Shown: positions 38,123 to 47,399 of the stretch, piece by piece
Numbering within the stretch: the stretch's first letter is position 1
Layout of the letters: the number at the start of each line of letters is the position of its first letter
Assembly (NCBI GenBank): GCA_963787465.1
Contig: CAWBDD010000021.1
Coordinates: 80,598 to 144,597, forward strand
DNA from: an uncultured Thermoplasmata archaeon
GTDB lineage: Archaea; Thermoplasmatota; Thermoplasmata; UBA10834
Length of the DNA: 64,000 bases
Direction: 5' to 3'
Translations under genes and position numbers: made by a program
Notes under the pieces: model-generated
Databases searched by the model: none
Seen by the model: only the letters and a program-made list of their open reading frames with translations
Told to the model about the DNA's origin: nothing

Positions 38123-40204
38123 GTGACCTCGTCCGATTCGCAACACGAGAACAAGAGCAAGGATGGTCCCGCGAAGCCGAGGGTCGGGGTGTTCGTCTGC
38201 CATTGCGGCAGCAATATTGCTGGCGTCGTGGACTGCGGCAAGGTCAGGGAGGCCGCGGAGAAGATACCCGGCGTCGTCGTCGCCAAGGAGAACAAGTACA
38301 CCTGCTCCGACCTCGGCCAGGAGGAGATCGTCAAGGCGATCAAGGAGAACGGCGTCGAGCGCGTCGTCGTCGCATCCTGTTCACCGAGGCTCCACGAACC
38401 CACCTTCAGGGCATGCATCCAGAGGGCGGGCCTGAACCCATACCTCCTGCAGATGGTCAACATACGCGAGCAGTGCTCGTGGGTGCACGCGCACGAGAAG
38501 GAGAAGGCCACCGAGAAGGCGAGCGCCCTCGTGCGCATGGGCGCCTCGAAGGCGGCCATACTGGAGCCACTCGAGGCGCGCGAGGTCCCGGTCGAGCCGT
38601 CGACGCTCGTGATCGGCGGAGGGGTCTCTGGCATACAGGCCGCGCTGGACCTCGCGAACATGGGGTTCAAGGTCCATCTCGTCGAGTCGAAGCCGAGCAT
38701 AGGCGGCGTCATGGCCCAGCTCGACAAGACCTTCCCGACGGGCGACTGCGCCATCTGCATACTCGCACCGAAGATGGTGGAGCTGTCGCGTCATCCGAAC
38801 GTCACGCTCCTCTCCTACTCCGAGGTCGAGGAGGTCAAGGGCTACATCGGCAACTTCGATGTGAAGATCAGACGCAAGGCCAGATACGTGGACGAGGCGA
38901 AATGCGTCGGCTGCGGCGTATGCGCCGAGGCCTGCCCCGTCAAGGTCGAGAACGAGTTCGACGAGGGGTTCGGCCAGAGGAGAGCGATATACGTCCCGTT
39001 CCCGCAGGCCGTGCCGCTGAAGTACACCATCGACAAGGTCCACTGCCTACACTTCAAGACCGGCAAGTGCCAGCTCTGCGTGAAGGCGTGCATGAACAAC
39101 GCCATAGACCACAAGATGACCGACGAGGTGATTACCCTGAAGGTGGGGACGATCATCGTCGCGACCGGGTTCGAGACCTACGTCCCGAAGAAGAACGGGG
39201 TCTACAAGTACTGGGAGTACGAGAACGTCATAACCGCTCTCGAGCTCGAGAGGCTCCTCAACGCGTCCGGACCGACCGGAGGCCATCTCACCAGACCATC
39301 CGACGGGCTCGTCCCGAAGCGCGTGGCGTTCATCCAGTGCGTCGGATCCAGGAACAAGAAGATAGGGAACAACTACTGCTCGCGCGTCTGCTGCATGTAC
39401 GCGATGAAGAACGCGCAGATCATCAAGGAGCACTATCCAGATACCGACATCGCCGTCTATTACAACGACATCCGCGCCTTCGGGAAGGGCTTCGAGGAGC
39501 TCTACCACAGGGTCAGGGAGGACTACGGCGTCGAGTTCATCCGCGGGAGGCCGGCCAAGCTGACCCGGAACAAGGACACTAAGGGGGTCATGATCAGGGC
39601 CGAGGAGACCCTGCTCAACAAGATCACTGAGAGGGAGTTCGACCTCGTGGTCCTCTCGACCGGGCTGGTCCCATCCGAGGGGACGAAGAGGATCGCCAAG
39701 ACTCTCAGCCTCACCGTGAGCCCGGACGGCTTCCTCGCCGAAGCGCATCCGAAGCTGAGGCCCGTGGACACGGCCATGGACGGCATCTACCTCGCGGGTT
39801 GCTGCCAGTCGCCCAAGGACATACCCGACTCCGTAGCGCAGGCGAAGGCCGCCGCGTCGTCGGCCGCCCAGCCCATGGCGACCAAGAAGGTCCGCATCGA
39901 GCCGCTCACGGTCACGATAGACGAGGAGGTCTGCGTCGGCTGCGGGCTGTGCGTCGAGCTCTGCCCGTACGGCGCGCCCGAGCTCGCCCAGGGGGAGAAG
40001 GGCGGCATGAAGGCACATATCATAGAGGCGCTCTGCCACGGCTGCGGCACTTGTGCCGCATCGTGCCCGCAGAAGGCCATCACCGCGAAACAGTTCACAG
40101 ATGAGCAGATCTCGGCCGAGATAGCCTCCGCGCTGGCCTCCGATGACGAGGGGCACGCGCCCAAGGGGCATCACGGGAAGAGGGACGCCGAGGCGGGGGT
40201 GTGA
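38123..40204 (+). CDS. hdrA: Heterodisulfide reductase subunit A (canonical ~690-aa form)
   Basis: N-terminal VGVFVCHCGSNIAG Cys-cluster domain. FAD GG motif VIGGGVSGIQAALDLA. Inserted and C-terminal 4Fe-4S ferredoxin CxxCxxCxxxCP motifs. GTG start at 38123 preceded by the RBS GAGGAGGGGG. Confidence 0.9.
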   Translation: MTSSDSQHENKSKDGPAKPRVGVFVCHCGSNIAGVVDCGKVREAAEKIPGVVVAKENKYTCSDLGQEEIVKAIKENGVERVVVASCSPRLHEPTFRACIQRAGLNPYLLQMVNIREQCSWVHAHEKEKATEKASALVRMGASKAAILEPLEAREVPVEPSTLVIGGGVSGIQAALDLANMGFKVHLVESKPSIGGVMAQLDKTFPTGDCAICILAPKMVELSRHPNVTLLSYSEVEEVKGYIGNFDVKIRRKARYVDEAKCVGCGVCAEACPVKVENEFDEGFGQRRAIYVPFPQAVPLKYTIDKVHCLHFKTGKCQLCVKACMNNAIDHKMTDEVITLKVGTIIVATGFETYVPKKNGVYKYWEYENVITALELERLLNASGPTGGHLTRPSDGLVPKRVAFIQCVGSRNKKIGNNYCSRVCCMYAMKNAQIIKEHYPDTDIAVYYNDIRAFGKGFEELYHRVREDYGVEFIRGRPAKLTRNKDTKGVMIRAEETLLNKITEREFDLVVLSTGLVPSEGTKRIAKTLSLTVSPDGFLAEAHPKLRPVDTAMDGIYLAGCCQSPKDIPDSVAQAKAAASSAAQPMATKKVRIEPLTVTIDEEVCVGCGLCVELCPYGAPELAQGEKGGMKAHIIEALCHGCGTCAASCPQKAITAKQFTDEQISAEIASALASDDEGHAPKGHHGKRDAEAGV

Positions 40205-40785
40205 GCATGGGCGAGGCGGAGAAGACCTTCATAGGCGGGCTCCACGAGAAGCTCACGGAGGACAAGGTCATAGACGAGTCGCAGCTCGACCGAGACTTCG
40301 CGAAGGAGATCACGAAGTACGGCGGGAAGGACGTCATGACATGCCTCCAGTGCGGCAACTGCACCGGTGTGTGTCCCATCTCGCTCAAGATCGATTACAA
40401 GACCAGGATCATAATGAAGTACTGCCAGTTCGGGCTCAAGAAGTACACCCTGGGGACGCAATGGGTCTGCGCCACCTGCTACAGATGCTACGAGCACTGC
40501 CCCGCTGACATCAACCCCGCAGAGGTCATGATCGCCCTGAGGCACATCGCGGTCCGCGAGGGGGCCATCCCGCCGTTCGTCAAGGTCGCGGCGACCAACC
40601 TCGTCATGTACGGCCAGAGCGTCAAGCCCGACGCCGAGATCGAGAAGATACGCAAGGAGCTGGGCCTTGAGGACGTCCACTCCAAGGACCAGGAGTACAG
40701 GGTCGTCCTGAGGGAGATCAGGACGATCGTGCAGGCGACCAAGTACGACAAGCTCATAGGGATCGACGCGGAGGTGAAGCAGTGA
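40201..40785 (+). CDS. hdrC: Heterodisulfide reductase subunit C
   Basis: Two 4Fe-4S motifs: CLQCGNCTGVCP and CATCYRCYEHCP. Its start overlaps the hdrA stop. Confidence 0.85.
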   Translation: MSMGEAEKTFIGGLHEKLTEDKVIDESQLDRDFAKEITKYGGKDVMTCLQCGNCTGVCPISLKIDYKTRIIMKYCQFGLKKYTLGTQWVCATCYRCYEHCPADINPAEVMIALRHIAVREGAIPPFVKVAATNLVMYGQSVKPDAEIEKIRKELGLEDVHSKDQEYRVVLREIRTIVQATKYDKLIGIDAEVKQ

Positions 40786-41699
40786 GCGCATACGCCTACT
40801 TCTTCGGATGCGTCATCCCCAACAGATATCCAGGCATCGAGTTCGCCGTCAGATGGGTCTGCGGCAAGAACGGGTTCGACCTCGACGTCAAGGACATCAA
40901 GGAGTTCTCCTGCTGCCCCGTCCCTGGCATATTCTACTCCACCGACAAGGACACGTGGCTCGCGCTGGCGACGCGCAACCTCACCCTGGCGCAGGACGAG
41001 AGGAGGGAGATCATGACGGTCTGCAACGGCTGCCTGACCTCGCTCCTCAAGGCCACCGAGTACCTCCAGGACCCGAAGACCATGGGCAAGGTCAACAGGA
41101 CCCTGTCCCAGGTGGGGAGGAAGTACACGGGGATACCGAGGAAGGGCGAGGGGACCCGGCGGGTCTTCGAGCCGGTCAAGGTGCGCCACTACGTCGATGT
41201 CATGAGCAAGGACGTCGGGATGGACGCGGTTGCGGCCAAGGTCACCCATCCCCTGAAGAACATCAGGGTCGCGGTGCACTACGGCTGCCACTACCTGAGG
41301 CCGACCGAGCACCAGACCTTCGACGACCCTAACGACCCGAAGCTGATCGACAGGATGGTCGAGGCATGCGGGGCCACGAGCGTCGAATACGAGGACAGGC
41401 TCGACTGCTGCGGCGCGGGCGGCGGCGTCAGGTCGCACGTGGTCGAGCTGGCCAACTCGCTCACGCAGGACAAGTGCGCGAACATCAGCGCGGCCGGCGC
41501 GGACTGCATAGTCACCGGTTGCCCGTTCTGCCTCCTGCAGTTCGACAACGCGCAGAAGGCGTTCTCGAAGGACGGCATACCCGTCATGCACATCTCGCAG
41601 TTCCAGGCGCTCGCGATGGGGATAGACACCATCTCGCTGGGCTTCGACACGCACCATGTCTCCGTACACTCGTTCCTCAGGAAGCTCAGGGGGGCATAG
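40782..41699 (+). CDS. hdrB: Heterodisulfide reductase subunit B
   Basis: Two CCG domains (..SCCPVPG.., ..CCGAGGG..). Overlaps the hdrC stop. Confidence 0.9.
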   Translation: MSAYAYFFGCVIPNRYPGIEFAVRWVCGKNGFDLDVKDIKEFSCCPVPGIFYSTDKDTWLALATRNLTLAQDERREIMTVCNGCLTSLLKATEYLQDPKTMGKVNRTLSQVGRKYTGIPRKGEGTRRVFEPVKVRHYVDVMSKDVGMDAVAAKVTHPLKNIRVAVHYGCHYLRPTEHQTFDDPNDPKLIDRMVEACGATSVEYEDRLDCCGAGGGVRSHVVELANSLTQDKCANISAAGADCIVTGCPFCLLQFDNAQKAFSKDGIPVMHISQFQALAMGIDTISLGFDTHHVSVHSFLRKLRGA

Positions 41700-42159
41700 T
41701 CTGACCGAGGGGACGAAGGGCATCGACCAGGGGGAGGAGCAGGCTCCTTCCTACGAGCCGAGGATAGTGGCCTTCTGCTGCAACTGGTGCTCCTACGCGG
41801 GGGCGGACCTAGCGGGGACGACGAGGCTGCAGTACCCCACCAACGTCAAGATCATCAGGGTCATGTGCTCGGGCAGGGTCGACCCGGCGTTCGTGCTGAA
41901 GGCGTTCGCCCTCGGGGCCGACGGCGTGATAGTCGCTGGCTGCCACCCGGCGGACTGCCACTACATCAACGGGAACGAGAAGGCCGCCCTTAGGGGCGAC
42001 TTCCTCCAGCAGTTCCTCGAGGACACGGGCATCGAACCCCAGAGGTTCCGGGTCGAGTGGATCGCCGGGTCCGAGGGCTCCAAGTTCGCGTCGGTCATCA
42101 GGCAGATGGTCGCCGACCTCGAGAGGCTCGGCCCCATGGCGCAGGAGGGAGGGCAGTGA
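41656..42159 (+). CDS. mvhD: Methyl-viologen-reducing hydrogenase delta subunit MvhD. The start is ambiguous: ATG 41656 overlaps hdrB by 44 nt; the alternative is GTG 41767.
   Basis: [15 protein letters not shown]...IRVMCSGRVDP...[15 protein letters not shown] is diagnostic of MvhD. Confidence 0.75.
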   Translation: MSPYTRSSGSSGGHSLTEGTKGIDQGEEQAPSYEPRIVAFCCNWCSYAGADLAGTTRLQYPTNVKIIRVMCSGRVDPAFVLKAFALGADGVIVAGCHPADCHYINGNEKAALRGDFLQQFLEDTGIEPQRFRVEWIAGSEGSKFASVIRQMVADLERLGPMAQEGGQ

Positions 42160-45100
42160 CTGGGAGGACCGTCGGCGCGGTGCTCGTGGTCGGGGGCGGC
42201 CCGGCGGGCATGCAGGCAGCGCTGGACCTCGCCGACTCCGGGTTCAAGGTCTACCTGCTCGAATCGGGGGCCAGCATAGGCGGCACCATGGCCCAGCTCG
42301 ACAAGACATTCCCGACCAACGACTGCTCCATGTGCATCATATCCCCGAAGCTCGTCGCCACCGGGAAGCACGAGAACATCACCATGATCACCCACGGCGA
42401 GATCAAGAAGGTCGACGGGAAGGCCGGGGACTTCAAGGTCAAGATCACGAGGCACTCGAGGTACATCGAGGAGGCGAAGTGCACTGGATGCGGCGTGTGC
42501 GCCGAGCACTGCCCGGTCGAGGGGACCAACGCCTTCGACAGGGACATGGCGCCGAACAGGGCGATCTACGTGCCGTTCCCGCAGGCCATGCCACTCGTGT
42601 ACACCATAGACAGGGGACTCTGCATCGGCTGCGGTGTCTGCGAGAAGTTCTGCGAGGCGAAGGCCATCAAGTACGACGAGGCCCCTGACAAGGAGGAGAC
42701 CATCGAGGTCGGGGCCATCATCCTGGCGCCTGGCTACGAAATCTTCGAGGCGAAGAAGAAGGTCCAGTACGGCCACGGGACCTTCCCGAACGTCCTGACG
42801 AACATCGAGTTCGAGAGGATGCTCAGCGCCTCGGGGCCCACCGAGGGGCACATCATCAGGCCCTCCGACGGCGACGTGCCGAGGAGGATCGCGTTCGTAC
42901 AGTGCGTCGGCTCGAGGGATGCGCAGACCCCGAACACCTACTGCTCATCGTACTGCTGCATGGCGGCTCTCAAGCAGGCCGTGATAGGGCAGGAGCACGT
43001 GCCCGGGCTCAAGACCACGATATTCTTCATGGACACCAGGGCGTTCGGCAAGGAGTTCGAGGAGTACCTCTCGCGCGCGGAGAACGAGTACGGCGTGCGC
43101 GTGTGCAGGAACAACAGGATACCCAAGGTCGAGGAGGACGCGGAGACCAAGGAGCTCATCCTCAGCTACATCGGCGGCGCCGACATATCCGAGGAGAGGT
43201 TCGACATGGTCATCCTGTCGTGCGGCGCACGGCCGCCGGACAGCGCCGGGCACCTCGCCAAGACCCTGGGCATAAAGCTCAACAAGTTCGGGTTCGCGGA
43301 GACGGACGACCTCACACCGGTCGAGACATCGGTGCCGGGCATCTTCGTCTGCGGCGCCTTCGCCGGTCCCAAGGACATCCCCGACTCGGTCGCACAGGCG
43401 AGCGGGGCGGCGGGGAAGGCCGACGCCCTCCTGGCGGACGAGCGCGGGAAGCTCGTCTCGAAGAAGGAGTACCCCAAGGAGAAGGACGTCGCAGGGAAGG
43501 AGCCCAGGATCGGGGTCTTCGTCTGCCACTGCGGCATCAACATAGGCTCCGTCGTCGACGTGCCCGCTGTCGTGGAGTACGCGAAGACGCTCCCGGGGGT
43601 CGTGTTCGCCGACAGGAACCTGTACACGTGCTCGGGCGACACGCAGACGCGGATCAGGGAGATCATCCAGAAGCACGACCTCAACAGGGTCGTGGTCGCG
43701 AGCTGCACGCCCAGGACACACGAGCCGCTCTTCCAGAACACGGTCAAGGAGGCGGGGCTGAACAAGTACCTCTTCGAGATGGCGAACATCAGGGACCAGT
43801 GCTCATGGGTCCACAGGCTGGAACCGGGGCGCGCCACCGACAAGGCGAAGGACCTCGTGCGGATGGCGGTCGCGAAGGCCTCGACGCTCGAGCCGCTCCC
43901 GCAACCCAAGATACCCGTCACCCCCTCCGCGATGGTCATCGGTGGAGGGCTGGCAGGGATGACCGCGGCGCTGACGATCGCGAACGCTGGCTACGAGGTC
44001 CACCTCGTCGAGAGGGAGAAGGAGCTCGGGGGCCACCTGAGACGGATACACCGCACCCTGGCGGGCGTGGACCCCCAGGACACCTTCAAGGACCTGAAGA
44101 GGCAGATCTCCGAGAACAAGAACATCAAGCTGCACCTCGGGGAGACACCGAAGGAGGTCAAGGGCTACATCGGCAACTTCGAGACCACCCTGAGCGGAGG
44201 GGAGAAGTTCAAGCACGGCGCGGTCGTCGTGGCGACCGGCGCGTCGGAGTACGAGCCCAAGGAGTACCTCTTCGGGAAGAACCCCAAGGTGATGAGGCAG
44301 ACCGACCTCCAGGAGCTCCTGGCCAGCAAGCAGTTCAAGGCCAAGACAGTCGTCATGATCCAATGCGTCGGCTCGAGGAACGAGGAGCACCCCAACTGCT
44401 CCCGCATCTGCTGCTCGACGTCCATGGCCAACGCGCTCTGGATAAAGAGGGAACACCCGGACACCAGCGTGTACGTGCTGTACAGGGACATCAGGACCTT
44501 CGGGTTCGCCGAGGAGAACTACAACGAGGCGGCCAGGCTCGGTGTCATCTTCCTGAGGTACGACCCCGAGGACCCGCCCAGGGTCACCGAGGAGGGCGGG
44601 CAGCTCGTCGTCGAGATCGACGAGACTTTCATCGAGCAGGGGGTCCGCATCAGGCCCGACTACCTCGTCCTCAACGCGGCTGTGCACCCGAACCCCGACA
44701 ACAAGGAACTCGCCCAGCTGCTCAAGGTCCCTCTGAACAAGGAGGGCTTCTTCCTAGAGGCGCACATGAAGCTGCGCCCGGTGGATTTCGCCACCGACGG
44801 GATATTCCTGTGCGGCCTGGCCCACTCGCCCAGGCTCATAGACGAGAGCGTCTCGCAGGCGCTCGCCGCGGCAGCCAGGGTGAACACGGTTCTCTCCAAG
44901 GAGTTCATAGAGGCGGATGGCATGGTCAGCGTCGTCGACCAGGAGAAGTGCGTGGCTTGCGGCAGGTGCGAGGAGGTCTGCCAGTACGGCGCACCCAGGC
45001 TCGAGGAGGTCTCGCCTGGTGTCGTCAAGTCGCGCATAAACGAGGCGCTGTGCAAGGGCTGTGGCTCCTGCGCGGTCACGTGCTGCACACGCGCCATCAG

Positions 45101-45194
45101 CCCGAAGCACTTCAAGAGCGAGCAGATACTCACCATGATCGAGGCGTGCCTGCGCAAGGACCTCGATAAGGTGGACGGGGAGGTCAAGGCATGA
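42156..45194 (+). CDS. hdrA: Tandem HdrA-like protein (1,012 aa): an N-terminal HdrA-like FAD/ferredoxin module fused in front of a complete HdrA
   Basis: Two FAD GG motifs: VVGGGPAGMQAALDLA at the N-terminus and VIGGGLAGMTAALTIA at ~aa 600. An internal RIGVFVCHCGINIG Cys-cluster domain. Ferredoxin motifs in both halves. A GTGA start/stop overlap with mvhD. Confidence 0.8.
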   Translation: MTGRTVGAVLVVGGGPAGMQAALDLADSGFKVYLLESGASIGGTMAQLDKTFPTNDCSMCIISPKLVATGKHENITMITHGEIKKVDGKAGDFKVKITRHSRYIEEAKCTGCGVCAEHCPVEGTNAFDRDMAPNRAIYVPFPQAMPLVYTIDRGLCIGCGVCEKFCEAKAIKYDEAPDKEETIEVGAIILAPGYEIFEAKKKVQYGHGTFPNVLTNIEFERMLSASGPTEGHIIRPSDGDVPRRIAFVQCVGSRDAQTPNTYCSSYCCMAALKQAVIGQEHVPGLKTTIFFMDTRAFGKEFEEYLSRAENEYGVRVCRNNRIPKVEEDAETKELILSYIGGADISEERFDMVILSCGARPPDSAGHLAKTLGIKLNKFGFAETDDLTPVETSVPGIFVCGAFAGPKDIPDSVAQASGAAGKADALLADERGKLVSKKEYPKEKDVAGKEPRIGVFVCHCGINIGSVVDVPAVVEYAKTLPGVVFADRNLYTCSGDTQTRIREIIQKHDLNRVVVASCTPRTHEPLFQNTVKEAGLNKYLFEMANIRDQCSWVHRLEPGRATDKAKDLVRMAVAKASTLEPLPQPKIPVTPSAMVIGGGLAGMTAALTIANAGYEVHLVEREKELGGHLRRIHRTLAGVDPQDTFKDLKRQISENKNIKLHLGETPKEVKGYIGNFETTLSGGEKFKHGAVVVATGASEYEPKEYLFGKNPKVMRQTDLQELLASKQFKAKTVVMIQCVGSRNEEHPNCSRICCSTSMANALWIKREHPDTSVYVLYRDIRTFGFAEENYNEAARLGVIFLRYDPEDPPRVTEEGGQLVVEIDETFIEQGVRIRPDYLVLNAAVHPNPDNKELAQLLKVPLNKEGFFLEAHMKLRPVDFATDGIFLCGLAHSPRLIDESVSQALAAAARVNTVLSKEFIEADGMVSVVDQEKCVACGRCEEVCQYGAPRLEEVSPGVVKSRINEALCKGCGSCAVTCCTRAISPKHFKSEQILTMIEACLRKDLDKVDGEVKA

Positions 45195-46786
45195 CCGAGG
45201 AGAGGTTCGAGCCGAGCATAGTGGCCTTCTGCTGCAACTGGTGCTCCTACGCCGGGGCCGACCTGGCGGGCGTGAGCAGGATGCAGTACCCACCGAACGC
45301 GAGGGTCATCAGGGTCATGTGCTCCGGCAGGGTCGAGCCGTACTTCATACTCAGGGCGCTGGAGCTCGGGGCCGACGGTGTCCTGATCGCAGGGTGCCAC
45401 ATAGGCGACTGCCACTACATCTCCGGGAACGTCGAGGCCGAGAAGCGCATGGCCGCGACCAAGGAGGTCCTCGACAGGCTCGGCATAGGCAAGGACCGGA
45501 TGCGCCTGGAGTGGATCTCCGCGTCCGAGGGCCAGAAGTTCGCCCAGACGATGAAGGAGTTCACGGAGCAGATCAGGAAGCTCGGGCCCAACCCGCTGGC
45601 GGGGAAGCTCCCGGAGAAGAAGCCGTCCGCTGACCTCAAGAAGAAGGTCGACCAGCTCATAGAGGACACCGGGGCGTTCGACTGCGTGGAGTGCGGGAAG
45701 TGCACCACGGTCTGCCCTGTGGCCAAGTACGACCCCGACTTCGCCCCCAGGACCATCGTCCTGAAGTCCATGGAGGGGCAGGTGAGCGAACTGTCCAAGG
45801 GCAAGGACATCTGGACGTGCGTCACCTGCGAGCAGTGCAACTCGATGTGCCCGTACAAGGTGGACTACTCGGGCTTCATACGCGGGCTCAGGACCGAGGC
45901 GGCCGCCTGCGACAACGTGCCCGTGTGCTCCCAGGGCGGGCTCATGCAGGGGGTCATGAGGGTCCAGGCGAACGGGTCCTTCAAGCAGGACAGGCTCACG
46001 TGGCTGACCCCTGACCTGAAAGTGGCGGACAAGGGGGACTACTTCCTGTTCACGGGTTGCGCGACATACTTCGACGCCATATTCAGGGACCGCCAGGAGC
46101 TCAAGCTCGCCGACATACCCCGCGCGGCGGTCAAGATCATGAACAGGGCGGGCATCGTCCCGGTCGTCAGCAACGACGAGGTCTGCTGCGGGCACGACCT
46201 CAACTGGACCGGGGACGAGGACGGCATGATGAAGCTCATGAAGAAGAACGTGGACCTGATCAAGGCGTCGGGGGCGAAGAAGGTGGTCTTCCCGTGCCCG
46301 GAGTGCCTCAGGACCTTCAACATGGACTACCAGGACTTCCTGGGCGACTTCGACTTCGAGCTGGTGCACATATCCCAGCTCGTGGACGACCTCCTGAAGG
46401 AGGGGAAGATCAAGCTCAAGAAGGGCGTCTCCAAGGTCACGTTCCAGGACTCCTGCAGGCTCGGGAGGCACATGGGCATCTACGACGAGCCCAGGGCTGC
46501 CATCAGGGGGACCCAGGCCGAGGTGGTCGAGATGGACAACACCAGGGACAAGGCCCTGTGCTGCGGCGTCAGCGCGTGGGCGACCTGCGACGAGGTCTCG
46601 AAGAAGATGCAGGTCGACAGGCTCAAGGAGGCGAAGCGGACCGGCGCCGAGTGCCTGGTGACCGGGTGCTACAAATGCCTGATACACCTTAACTGTGCGC
46701 AGGTCAACAAGACCCAGGTTCCCAAGGAACAGATAGACATACCGATCAAGGATCTGAGCGTGTTCATCGCGGACGCGCTGGAATGA
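45191..46786 (+). CDS. MvhD-HdrC-HdrB triple-domain fusion protein
   Basis: N-terminal MvhD domain ([15 protein letters not shown]...CHIGDCHY). Two ferredoxin motifs (CVECGKCTTVCP, CVTCEQCNSMCP). C-terminal CCG domains (CCGHDL, LCCGVSAW). ATGA overlap with the upstream gene. Confidence 0.8.
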   Translation: MTEERFEPSIVAFCCNWCSYAGADLAGVSRMQYPPNARVIRVMCSGRVEPYFILRALELGADGVLIAGCHIGDCHYISGNVEAEKRMAATKEVLDRLGIGKDRMRLEWISASEGQKFAQTMKEFTEQIRKLGPNPLAGKLPEKKPSADLKKKVDQLIEDTGAFDCVECGKCTTVCPVAKYDPDFAPRTIVLKSMEGQVSELSKGKDIWTCVTCEQCNSMCPYKVDYSGFIRGLRTEAAACDNVPVCSQGGLMQGVMRVQANGSFKQDRLTWLTPDLKVADKGDYFLFTGCATYFDAIFRDRQELKLADIPRAAVKIMNRAGIVPVVSNDEVCCGHDLNWTGDEDGMMKLMKKNVDLIKASGAKKVVFPCPECLRTFNMDYQDFLGDFDFELVHISQLVDDLLKEGKIKLKKGVSKVTFQDSCRLGRHMGIYDEPRAAIRGTQAEVVEMDNTRDKALCCGVSAWATCDEVSKKMQVDRLKEAKRTGAECLVTGCYKCLIHLNCAQVNKTQVPKEQIDIPIKDLSVFIADALE

Positions 46787-47196
46787 CAACTCGAGAAAGT
46801 GATAGGATGACACCGAACAAGGCCCAACAGCAGCCGCCGAAGGCTGACGAGAGGTTCGTGCTGATAGAGCTGTCCTGCAAGGACAAGAAGTGCTCGCCTT
46901 GCACGTACCCGAACTGCCAGAGGTTCGCGACCGAGCAACCCAAGAAGAAGCCGTACGAGACGCGCTTCTCGAGGATGTTCGAGGTCAAGAAGCCCATGAC
47001 CACGCCCGAGGCACCCAGGGAACGCCTGGTGCTCGTGGAGCTGTCCTGCAAGGACAAGAAGTGCTCGCCTTGCACATACCCGAACTGCCAGAGGTTCGCC
47101 AAGGCGACCACCCAGGAGAGGAAGAAGGCGCCTTTCAAGGTGAAGATCACGGAGATCGAGAAGGGCACGGACGTCTCGAAGCTCCTCGGCAAGTAG
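46783..47196 (+). CDS. Small tandem-repeat Cys-cluster protein (2 x C-x4-C-x2-C-x4-C), last gene of the hdr module
   Basis: 137 aa. The 27-aa block ER(F/L)VL(I/V)ELSCKDKKCSPCTYPNCQRFA occurs twice. The underlying 66-nt DNA repeat (46870-46935 versus 47040-47105) differs by one base. The start overlaps the upstream stop (ATGA). Confidence 0.55.
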   Translation: MTTRESDRMTPNKAQQQPPKADERFVLIELSCKDKKCSPCTYPNCQRFATEQPKKKPYETRFSRMFEVKKPMTTPEAPRERLVLVELSCKDKKCSPCTYPNCQRFAKATTQERKKAPFKVKITEIEKGTDVSKLLGK

Positions 47197-47206
47197 CAGG
47201 CTGGAG

Positions 47207-47219
47207 TGCTTAACGAATG
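47207..47219 (+). promoter_or_regulatory. Second copy of the TGCTTAACGAATG motif, 181 nt upstream of the start of the second hdrA-like operon
   Basis: See the entry at 37928-37940. A CATATG-ACGCA-CATATG inverted repeat also lies at 47346-47362. Confidence 0.4.
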
Positions 47220-47399
47220 AGAGCATGGGCGGCAGGGGAGAGCGACCGGAATCGTCGCGTGACCAACGAAACAGATAAAGCGATGAATTGGTTACCGAAG
47301 GGCGCGCCTAGGCCACCGGGCCGGGCCTGCTTGACATCTGCCGGTCATATGACGCACATATGTGAACAGGGAGTATCTAGTAATCGTGGAGGTCTTTGA

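Noticed and set aside
44660-46813. 717-aa minus-strand ORF. The similar ORFs at 47292-49334 (680 aa) and 51447-54326 (959 aa) were rejected on the same grounds.
   Set aside because: All are antisense to strongly supported hdrA/mvhD genes. Long stop-free antisense frames are expected at this GC content.
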